Origin: Carcharhinus longimanus
Lineage: Eukaryota
DNA length: 64,000 nucleotides
Reading direction: 5' to 3'
NCBI GenBank assembly: GCA_030264375.1
Contig: JASCQW010000032.1
Span: 7,244,831 to 7,308,830 of the forward strand
The notes beneath the pieces were generated by a model. It saw nothing but the letters and a program-made list of their open reading frames with translations. It searched no databases and was not told the DNA's origin. Below, in pieces: positions 25,306 to 36,077 of the stretch. Each line of letters starts with the position of its first letter. Position 1 is the first letter of the stretch. Position numbers and translations under genes: made by a program.

Positions 25306-28110
25306 CCCCAAGAACACTTCTATTAAGTGTGATTCTTTCATTTCCCACTCCAGTTATCTATGGTATTTCTGAGTGTCATTGTCAATTAGTGCCAGTTTGA
25401 GGTGAGTTTATGTTGTGGGCTCATGCCCACTAGGAGACTGGTCAAATTAATTTCAAGTAAGGCCCACCCTTTCAGCACTCATCTGGGCACCTGTCAGAAT
25501 TTAGAATGTATCTTGTTCTTCTGAAGGAAACCTTTTCTTTACGAAAATTCAGAGGTATAAGCAATTACTGAACATGTTAGCAAAGGAAATCTCAGCTGCT
25601 GTGTGAGTGAAATGATACAGTGGAATTCTTGCTTAAAGCATGAAATCCATTTACTGAAATTCCACGTGAGCCATGAAGGGATTGAGACCTATTTGGTGCA
25701 GTTTCAAAGACAATTCATGCAAAACTTAGCATAAATATTGTAATAACCTTTTTGAACGCTTTCTCTCTGTTTCCATTCTGAAAGGCACTCAGACATTTTT
25801 TTGATATTGGTCAATGGAAATTGACCACCTTCTGATCTCCAAGTAGCTATTCTTCCTGTTTTCTTCAGATAGCGATGTCCAACTCAATCATGAGGGCAAT
25901 ACAGCCAAGCGTAATCATTTACTCATTTGGCATTTGTGCATGCAAGGACTCACTGGAGAATGATCAGTTTGGATACATTGCCAACCCAGGAAGCATTGGT
26001 TGGTAATTGGGGGTCGGTCCACTGCCAATCCAGGAATAATTGATTAATGATCAGGAACAGGCAACTCCAAGCTCTGGAATCACTGTATAGGGATAAGGAG
26101 TGGGTCTCTTCTTAAACAGGAATTACAAATGCCAAAATTCTTTATTGTTGATTATCTTGAGATCGGCTAATTCGTTGCAGATAGGATCAAATCCAGAAAG
26201 TTCAAGTCCAGATGTAAAGTTTCCCTTTAACCTGATTTCTGCTTCATACCAAAAATAGCAGTAGAGTTGTGTTTAGCTCAGTTGTTTTTCATCCTATTTA
26301 GATAAACATTCAACAGCCACCATTTTGTAATTAGGCTCCCAAACCTGGCCTCAGTATCCCTGGGCTATGGAGTACAATGATCAAAAGATTTGCACTCCTG
26401 CTAGCTTTAAATTGCATAGGTCATGGTGGCATCCACAGTCAAATACAAATGATCGTATGGCCAAAATTGGCCAGCAGTGTTTCTTTTAAGCGCATAGTAG
26501 TATAGCAATCTGAAAGTTCTCACGCAGCCGATACACAAGTTGATCCTGTTAGGTTACTGCCCGTGCATGACCTTGCAATTAAATAGATTACCTGTGTACT
26601 CCAAAAGAAAAAAAGGAGGGAGTGCATTCAGTGTCCATGTAATTAAGTGTTACTCTTCCGGAACACTAAGAAAGATAAAAATTTTGTTGATTACCAGGAT
26701 CTTTATGGGACATAAAGGGATTGCTCTCAAAATATTGATAAAGACATGTTGGATTTTGGTTTGTAAAACTCACTGTTCATCTTGTTCTTCTTAATTCAAT
26801 ATTATGTTCTAAAATTGAAAGATAGTATTAATGTTTTGAGCTCCTTTGTTCATGGATTCTATCACCATGTTGCAGTTTAAACATGAATGTCCTTGCAAAC
26901 TTTACAAATAGTTAGTATGGTAATGGAACCTCCTGTATTTCGAAACCTCCAATCCTGCATGACACACAGTCTCTCAGATGTTGTTTTATAGATCACCTGT
27001 GCTAAGATAAAGACGCAACAAGTAGATTCACTCAATGTTCACTGACCTTTCCTCTCATTTGCCTTTCACTCCTGCAGCACAGCAGACAAATATTGTAGTG
27101 AAAAGTATTTTTGTTTTCAAGAGAGGGAACTAAGGAATGTTCACAGTAAGAGAGCTCATAAGCAATAAACTGTGGTCTCAGTTAGCAAAAGCAGCATGTT
27201 GCTGTGACTAATAGGCCAGAAAAAACTAGATTTGATTCTTCATGAAGAGTGTGTTGATCTGAGCTAGGCTGAGAGAGAGTTTACGACAATTGACCTCAGG
27301 ACAGGACTCACTGTGATGCTCTCCACNNNNNNNNNNCCAGCACTATCTCGGATGGATGGCCAATAGAGTGAGCCACCACGTTGTTTGGTCAGTGATGCCA
27401 CGTAGCCTGACAGAAGGAAGCCAATTAGATCATAGTGCCAAGTAGGCCAATAGTACTATCTGAGACAGCAGATGGTAGATTTTTCTGTCACTGCCAAATA
27501 AAAGCAGAATGGAAAATGACAGAAATGCACAGAGGTTTCCTTGGCATCAGTATTAGAATAAGACTGATTAACATTATCTTTTATATTTCCAACATTTACA
27601 ATGCATTGCTTTTCCTGATTATTATTCCAGGCTTGATGGCATCTCCCTGAGAATATTCTCATCTGGGACCGGTTTATGCAGTGGGTTAGAGATGCTAACT
27701 TTTTTTTCCCTTTTCCCACATTAGTCATCCTGTGATTTCCAAGTTGGTGCTAAATGCTACCAAGTATGGGGCATGAGTTTGATGCTGGTTCTCAACCTGT
27801 AGGAAATTGATTCAAATTAAGTCTAGACTGATGCTATTTCTGTTAGCCTTATGATTTAATCATGAATTGAGCTTTGAGCAGTATTGGCACTCCTATCCTT
27901 TCAGCGACATTGGAAGGAAGATGGGTGATGTGGAGAATGGAAAACATCATGGGTGCAATTGATTCTGCTGTTCTGAAATTGGGAGACTTGTGGCACATTG
28001 CCAGGACACTGGAGAGGGAACTTCACTCTATGTAACCTGTGCTATGCCTGATCTGGAAGTATTTGATGGGACAGTACAGATGGAACTTTACTCTGTATAT
28101 AACTCGTCCT

Positions 28111-29954
28111 GGTGCCGGAATATTACGACCTCTTTGCGTCTGTTTTGCAGTGGGAAAATGTCACAAAATCGGACGTAAAGCGGCTGGTGGAAATGGCGCC
28201 CGCTTTCATGCCTCTCGCGATTTTATGACACCCGGATTTCCGACATGGTCAACCTCTCACCGGAAATGGATGAGGGGCTGATTAATTTATTTTAATAATG
28301 TTTTGCAAGTGTTTAGCGAGCTGGCATTTCTATCAAAGAACAAAGAAAATTACAGCACAGGAACAGGTCCTTCAGTCCTCTAAGACTGCACTGACAAAGA
28401 CCATCCGGGCTGGCTTGCCTTTATGGCCTCACTGGGAGAGGTTCTCTCCGGTGAGGAAAATACCTGCTCCCCATGAACAGGAACAGTCGTGTTGGCCTTG
28501 TCAGTGGAACCGAAGGCCATTGAGGCCTCCCCGGGGAGGACGAGTGCAAGGCAGGGGTGCTCCTTGGGCAGTGCCAGACTGGTAATGCCATGTTGGCACC
28601 TTGACACTGCCAACTGGCACCTGGGCAATGCCTACTGAGCATCTTACCACCATCCACTGGGCAGGACTGGAGGCAGGGCCCAGGGAAAAATGGAGGGGGT
28701 GGGGAGGCTCACTGCCACTCTGCCTGTGATCAATGGGAGAGGGAGGGCGTGATGGGGGCCCACTGCCACTGTGCTTGCGATCGATGAGAGGGGGAACAGG
28801 GACTACAATTGGTCTGGCCGGTGGGGGCTGCATCTCAGCCCATGGGAGCCCCTCCCAGTTGCAGCGGGGTGGAGGGTGTTGCTGGTTGAGGCTGCCTGCA
28901 ATAGCAGGGGCCTGACAGCTTTCTTTCTCTCTTTCTCTCTCTCTCTCTCTGTCAGACCCCTGCTATTGCTAAAGTGCACGTGCCACCTCAGAGGTCTGCG
29001 CATAAGAACATAAGAAATAGGAGCAGGAGTAGGCCATCTAGCCCCTTGAGCCTACCCTGCCATTCAGTAAGATCATGGCTGATCTGAAGTGGCTCAGTTC
29101 CACTTTCCCGTTTTCTCCCCATAACCCTTAATCCCCTTGCCTACCAAAAACCTATCTACCCGCGTCTTAAATATATTTAGCGAGGTAGNNNNNNNNNNNN
29201 NNNNNNNNNNNNNNNNNNNNNNNNNNNNNNNNNNNNNNNNNNNNNNNNNNNNNNNNNNNNNNNNNNNNNNNNNNNNNNNNNNNNNNNNNNNNNNNNNNNN
29301 NNNNNNNNNNNNNNNNNNNNNNNNNNNNNNNNNNNNNNNNNNNNNNNNNNNNNNNNNNNNNNNNNNNNNNNNNNNNNNNNNNNNNNNNNNNNNNNNNNNN
29401 NNNNNNNNNNNNNNNNNNNNNNNNNNNNNNNNNNNNNNNNNNNNNNNNNNNNNNNNNNNNNNNNNNNNNNNNNNNNNNNNNNNNNNNNNNNNNNNNNNNN
29501 NNNNNNNNNNNNNNNNNNNNNNNNNNNNNNNNNNNNNNNNNNTTTGTGTCATCAGCAAATTTCGACACCCTACACTCAGCTCCCTCCTCCAGATCATCTA
29601 TATAAATGGTAAATAGCTGGGGTATTCCACTAGTCACCAACTGCCAATCTGAATAGCACCCGTTGATACCTACTCTCTGCCTCCTATTAGACAGCCAATC
29701 CTCTATCCACGCTAACACCTTACCCCCAACTCCATGTCCCCTAACCTTCTGTAACATGCGCAATACCTCCTCCTACAGGCTGGCTGGTGAATTAAGTCCT
29801 GCCCACAGCCTGTCTGGTGAGAAACTGACTAGCCCATCTTTTCAGAGACAGAGTGTATAAGATTGGGTGCGAATACTCACCCAAAAAACAGATCAGCAAC
29901 TCTGCCATTTTCATGCTAGCTGGACACTTAAAAAAATGTCGTAAAATTCCGCCC
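28111..29954. mobile_element. GC-rich non-autonomous TIR DNA transposon (MITE-like, possibly Harbinger-type) with nested CR1 pieces
   Basis: Imperfect TIRs gccggaatattacgac / gtcgtaaaattccgccc; GC- and CpG-rich interior; CR1 tail at ~28335-28400 and CR1 at 29001-29756 inside it. Confidence 0.55.
29001..29756 (-). mobile_element. Young 5'-truncated CR1 LINE (spans a 354-N gap)
   Basis: [33 protein letters not shown]...[24 protein letters not shown]; possible TSD tgcgca (28997-29002 / 29757-29762). Confidence 0.9.
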
Positions 29955-30437
29955 TGAATGTCTGAAATGCCAGCTATTAACATCCTCACCTTGATGAGAG
30001 CCAAAAGATTCCCACACAATTAATTATAAAATAATAATAATTCTTATTTTGATTTACAGCATAGGATTTGAGGGGGTTTAGCAGGAGCTTTAAATCATTG
30101 GCACTGTTAACTTCAGGTTATATGCCACTGGTGGGTTTTTTGTATTTTCTCTCATATTCCACCGCTCACTGATTTTGATTCCATATGTTGATATTAAAGA
30201 TTGTTCCTTTCTTTAAAAATCCTTCTTGATGTTCATGATTCTCAATTATTTAATAACACTTGAGTCAAATCATTTCTCACTGAACTCTGACTTTGTAGCT
30301 GCAGATAGAATCTTCATGAGTGATATGTTTTTAAAATGATATCCTATTATACATCATCTATTTCACAAACTATACGAATGTAGAACTTGATTTGACTTGT
30401 ATTCATCATTTTCCATTTGTGATGCTGCTTTTATTAG

Positions 30438-30529
30438 GAGACAGGAAGCATGGACTTCACAGTATGAACATGATGGAGGCTGCACCCTCTGAACCTTCCC
30501 TGGACTTGGACAGCCTCAAGTTGCTTGAG
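30438..30529 (+). CDS. BMPR2: BMPR2 exon 5
   Basis: tattag|GAGAC...CTTGAG|gtaggc; 92 nt; (G)[30 protein letters not shown]. Confidence 0.96.
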
Positions 30530-30829
30530 GTAGGCAAAATATACCTTCTCCATGTTTTAATGAAGCAGCTGAATTTGTGGATTTAAATCATTTGTGCTAT
30601 GAAACTCCCAAATTTGATTCCAGCTTAGATAGCTGATCACTATAGTTGGTGGCATTAGAACTGGCTGCTGGGTTTGGAAAGGGGAGTGTCGCCACTAAAT
30701 TGATTGGAAAACAGATGAGGAGAGGATTAGACTTAGCCGTGACTCATGAGTGTCAAATATTCTGTCCGTGTTTCTTTGAATGGTCACTCAAGTTTCAGAT
30801 GTGCAAAGAAGCCCATCTCAACGTTTAAG

Positions 30830-31330
30830 TCAAAAGCAAAATACTGCTGGAATCTGAAACAAAAACAGAAAATGCTAGAATATTTCAGTTGGCCTGACAA
30901 CATCTATGGAGAGAGAATAGAACCGTTTGAGTCAGGATGACTCTTTGTCAGAGCTGAAGACAAAGAATATCAGACCAGGTTTATACTGTGAGGGTTGGTG
31001 GGTGTGGAGGGGAGCTGTAATTTATAGGAATGGCGTAGACAAAAAGACAAAGGGAATGTAAATGGTGATGATAAAGGCGAGGTGTGGTGCTAAGAATGTC
31101 CATTAAGAAATTGGAATGTGCAAATGCAGATCAAAGGTGCAGAGTGTGGGAACGTTGCAGTGGGGTGAGGGAAGCAAGATGGAGCGAGATTTTAAAAGTG
31201 AGAAAATAAAATAAAGTTAGAATGTAATAAAAATGGATGCATAAGATGAAAAGAAGAAATAAAATAAATGGAGATGGAGTGGAGGTGGAGATGTGAGTTC
31301 ATGCTCTGAAGTTCTTGAACTCAATGTTCA
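30830..31330 (-). mobile_element. Penelope-like element 3' end, second family (related fragments ~20240-20320, ~21730-21830, 46826-46948)
   Basis: Reverse complement of ctctctccatagatgttgtcagg...ctgaaatattctagcattttctg, shared with the other fragments; family assignment from recall. Confidence 0.55.
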
Positions 31331-31399
31331 GTATTAGGCACTTTACAGCCTTCTAGACTTCCTTTATACCCAACTTTCTTTCCTGGCCTCTATATTAGG

Positions 31400-33490
31400 T
31401 GATACTGTTAATTAATCTTTCTCCTCAGGTATTGCCATCACATTCTGTTTCAAATCTGACATTGCCTTGAAAAACAACGACCACTGCATCTTTGCAAACT
31501 ACCACACAATTTCCAGCCCCCCTTTCCCCTCCACGGTTCTTGAACATGCTATCGTTTCCAAATCCCTGTTATTCATTCTCGGAACTATATTTGAATTCCT
31601 ACAGCATGTTTCTGCTCTGTTCCAGTACAAGATCGCATCCTATTACTCTGTGATTATGCTCTGCTGTTCCTTCTTATCCTGTCCACAGCCTTTAACATTG
31701 TTGACTTCACCATTCTCTAGAGCCCCATTGCTACCAGCCAGCTGGGTGAGACTGATCTTGTCTGGTTTCATTCCTTTTTGTTCAGTCATTGCTATTACAT
31801 GCAATGGTTTCTTTCCCTGCTCCTTTGGTGTTCCCCTTCCATTTCTCATTTACATGGCCCCCATTGGCAACTTGATCTAAAAATGCAACTTCAGAGTCCA
31901 AATGTTCAACACACAACTCTACCTCACCACCACCTATCTTAACCCATCCACTGCCTCTGAATTATCTGACTACTGCTCCAACATTCAGTTCTGGATGAGT
32001 GGAAATTTCCTTGCAATTTAATATGTGAAAGGCCAAAGCCTTTGTCTTCAGTCCCTGCTGCAGTCTCTGTACCATAACCACCATTCTCTTCCTGGCAATT
32101 TTCTAAGGCTGAACCAGATTATTCCTAACCTTGATGTTATGTTTGACCTTGAGATTAGCTTCTGATCAAATATTCATGCTATCACCAAAACCAGATCTGA
32201 TTCCAGCTTAGATAGCTGATCACTATAGTTGATGGCACTGGAACTAGCCATCACATTGTGTTTCAAATCTGACATTGCCTCAAAAAACAATGATCATTCC
32301 ATCTTTGGAAACTACCACCCAATCTCCAGCCTCCCTTTTCTCTCCACAGTTCTTGAACATGCTATCATTTCCAAATCTGTGTATTCTTTCTCAGAACTCC
32401 TGGGTTGAATTCCTGGGTTTGGAAAAGGAAATGTCACCACAAAATTGATTGGAAAACAGATGAGGAGAGCATTATACTTAGCCATGAATGTCAAATATGC
32501 CATCACATATTTTGCCTGACTTTATCCTTGCATCAGCTCATCTGCAGTTGAAACCCTCATCCATATCTTTATTCTCTCTTGACTTGAATATTCCAGTGCT
32601 TTCCTGGTCAGCCCCTCATCTTACATCCTCTACTGGATACAAATCAGCTTCCCATCCATTGACTCAGTCTACACTTCCTGCTGCTTCAGCTAAGCAGCCA
32701 GCATAATTAAGGATCCCACACACCCCAGACATTCTCTCTTCCACCTTCTTCCTTCAGGAAAAAGATACAAAAGCCTGAGGTGACATACCACCGACTCAAG
32801 AACAGTTCTTCCCTGCTGCTATCAGACTTTTGAACAGACTTACCTTGCTTTAAGTTGGTCTTTCCCTACACCCTAGGTATGACTGTAACACTACGTTCTG
32901 CATTCTTATGTTTCCTTCTCTATGAATGGTATGCTTTGCCTGTATAGCGCACAAGAAATAATACTTCTCACTGTAGTTAATACATGTGGCAATAATAAGT
33001 CAAAATCTATAAACTCAAGATCATTCAAAACTTTGCTGCCTCTATCTTCACTCACACCAAGTCCTGTTCACCCCTCACCTTTAGGGTCACTGAACTACAT
33101 TTTCTGCTGGTTAAGGAACACCTCAAATGCTAAAATTCTCATCCTTGTTTTCAAATTTCTGCATGGTCTCACTCCTTCCTACCTCTAATCTTCTCTAGCT
33201 CTACATGAACACTATACTCCTCCAATTCTGGCCTCTTGCCCACCTTCAATTTGGATTACCAATGATAGCTGTGCTTTCATCTGCCTCAGTTCTAGAAATG
33301 TCTCCTAAATTTCTCTTCTCCTCTATTTCTCTTTCTTTCATTAAATTTCCCTAAAAACCTAACCATTGACCAAGCATTTGGTGATGTGCTCTAATAGCTC
33401 CTTATTGTGGGTTGATGTGAAATTCTGTTCGATAACACTCCTTTGAATATTTTACTATTAAAGGCACTATATAAGTTCAAGTTGTTGTTT
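31400..33490 (+). mobile_element. Degraded L2 LINE (RT to 3' tail), interrupted by a mosaic duplication and a Rex/Babar insertion
   Basis: ANYHTIS..PF.STVLEH (NYRPISNLPFLSKVLE-like), FKFLHGLTPSYL; tail tactattaaaggcactatataagttcaagttgttgtt. Confidence 0.75.
32685..33010 (+). mobile_element. Rex1/Babar-type LINE 3' end
   Basis: AASIIKDPTHPRHSLFHLLPSGKRYKSL...RLKNSSSPAAIRLLN-like C-terminus. Confidence 0.8.
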
Positions 33491-33847
33491 TAGAATTAGA
33501 AGTACACCACACAGCAACAATAGAGTCAGTATCATGTGTTGGGAATGAAAATATCTCACCAAGATCCTCACACTTAATAGTGATTCAGTTGGCTCTGCTT
33601 GGGTGTGTATAAAAGGTTTGGGTTGCGGATTGGGTCTTTGAGGACAAGATCTATTGCAAATGAGATGTTTATCATCTAGTAATTTATGAGAGGTAAAGCC
33701 ATTTGGGCAAGTTATCAGTGGATTCATGGTGTGTCCTGAATCAAAGAGGTAACAATTTCGACACACCATTTTCAAGCAAGATTCAGGGAGGGCGTTTGGG
33801 AAGTTGGTAGAAATTGCAATGAAATGTTTAATTTGTTTCATCTCCAG

Positions 33848-34078
33848 GTAATTGGTCGGGGTCGGTATGGTGCAGTGTATAAAGGGTCGTTGAACGAACG
33901 CCCAGTTGCTGTGAAAATCTTCAATGCCTCAAATCGTCAGAACTATATTAACGAGAGAGACATATACAGGCTCCCGTTGATGGAGCATGAAAACATAGCA
34001 CGCTTCATTGTGGGTGAAGAAAGAATATCGAGTGACAGCAGAACAGAATATATGCTGGTGATGGAGTACTATCCCAAT
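33848..34078 (+). CDS. BMPR2: BMPR2 exon 6 (kinase N-lobe: Gly-rich loop, VAVK)
   Basis: ctccag|GTAATT...CCCAAT|gtaagt; 231 nt; [23 protein letters not shown]...MLVMEYYPN. Confidence 0.97.
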
Positions 34079-34936
34079 GTAAGTCTCCTAGATGGCTACA
34101 ATGGGAGGGTCAGATTAACCAAGCACATAAGGCAGCCCAGAGTATTTACTGATGCCAGTGGGAATGGTGAGCATGTGAGACCTGTGTTCTATGGTGGAAC
34201 CACCATTTATGGAAGGAGTCTGTTGGAATATAATAGAGTTTGTCACAGTGCAGAGATTCTGGCAGTTTATCATGACAATGGAAATGTATGGCAAGATTGC
34301 CTGTTTCTTCATTTATGTCATGTCGGGAAGGTCTTTTGGAGTGTGCACTGAAGTCCTGCTAAAGGTTTGCTCTTGGCAAAATTCTGACAGATAAGTGTAG
34401 GTACTTCTATGGGGTACATATTTTCAGTGGTATCTGCTAGAGGGGAATGATTCCCATTACCATTGCCTACCTAGGAAAATGTAAAAGTCAATAAAGTCAT
34501 CGTTGTCCTAGATGACCTTCATTGAGAACCTCAGCCGGTATGGGAATTGAACCCACACTGTTAGCATCACTCTGCAGCATGAGCCAGCTGTCCAGTCAAC
34601 TGAGCCAAACTGACCCCTTAGGAAAATTTACATGTACATTCACATGCACATGTACATATATCCATAATTAGATACACATTACTTTTTATAAATGATATAT
34701 ATATATATATATTATTCAACCATGTATATACTTCAGAATATAAAGATAAATGCATTTTTCTAATTTTAAATCCTACTGAATTATAAGAGCTGTCCATCAG
34801 GATAATCATAAATTCCTTAGTTCCAGCACCAGGTAAAGATTTTTAGCTATATATCAGTCACAGTAATGGATGCAGGCCTGTCACTGTACAATGCTAGGGT
34901 ATAGTATGGTTAGCTGCAAGTCTATCACTCAGCTGA

Positions 34937-36077
34937 TGTTAATCCTGATTAATTAGATCCCAGAGTGAAACCTGGCTAGATAGATCCTAACTTGTATTTA
35001 GAAACCATTGAAGGAAGTTACTGACCAAATTCACAAGAGTTTGCTGATGGACTTTTAACTCAAAGAATAAAATATTTATCAAAACAAGAAAAAGTAACCA
35101 TATTACATGAGACAAAAAGGTTGCAAAGATCTTAATGCAAACATAACATTATTCACACTCACACTATTCTTTTCACCTCAGCAGTGACTTTACAGATATA
35201 TACCCATTCAAAAAGATAAAACAATTTACAATATTAATCTTATTCTTCAATATTCAGGGATGTATGAGGTACAAGTGAATCAACAGGCAAGCTGTGGTCA
35301 GGCTCACCACACTTTCAAGATAAATGATAGGTGCAGCCAAAGCAAATTCCTTGAATTTATCAACAATCCACCCATACATTTGACATATTGTGAGCCAACC
35401 AGTTTTACGGAAACTTTGTTTTTCTTACAAGGGTTTACAATGTCCACATGAAGAACTTACCTTGGGATATTCTTCAAATATCATTCCCACTCAGAAGGCT
35501 TTAACAAGGATCCATACCCATGTTTTCAATCTCACCTTCTGAGATTCCTTTCATCTGGATCTCCGAGTACACTCAAACTTCACTTCCAAGTATGGTTTAG
35601 ACCAGGCCAAGCAGAACACCACTGCTCTAAAAGACCCACAATCAGGGGTCACCAACCAGTCACCAATATTCGGCTCCCTCCTCGAGTCTTCAGGTCTTCT
35701 CTCAAGTCCACTTTGTTTCAAATTTGCTCCCTGCAGCTCTGTCTTTAATTTGGAGCGTGCTTCTCTACTTTTTTTCAATTTTGCTTATCGGGACCTCTTT
35801 CAAGTCCCTATTTTTGTCCCTACCGGTGACTTCCTTCTGCTCTCTATCCTGCTCCTTGGGATATCTTCTTTGGAATGATATGCCAGTTCAAGTCAGTTAA
35901 CCTACAGTTTTGTGCTATTTCACTTCCTTTCCAAGACTGATTCTTGCTTTGATGATGCAAAAACAAACTGCACATGCGCGGGCAGTTCCCAGCCAGGCTC
36001 AACACTCTCTGGTAACTGGAGTTCCTGACCTACAATTGTTAATTTAAAATTAAGGCAAGTATCTGAATTTCCTAACA
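34937..36077. mobile_element. Possible solo LTR (~1.14 kb)
   Basis: Bounded by TGTTA...TAACA; no coding signal; no clean TSD seen. Confidence 0.35.

Noticed and set aside
28298-29013. Cluster of overlapping ORFs and CpG-island-like composition
   Set aside because: Explained by the GC-rich interior of the TIR element; there is no protein motif or promoter evidence.
34079-34351. ORF read-through of exon 6 into the intron (175-aa ORF)
   Set aside because: A canonical gtaagt donor sits at 34079 and the extension has no recognisable similarity. The same applies to the extensions of the other exon ORFs.
34525-34615. tRNA gene
   Set aside because: It has A/B-box-like motifs but is attached to SINE body sequence shared with 2443-2640, so it is a tRNA-derived SINE head.
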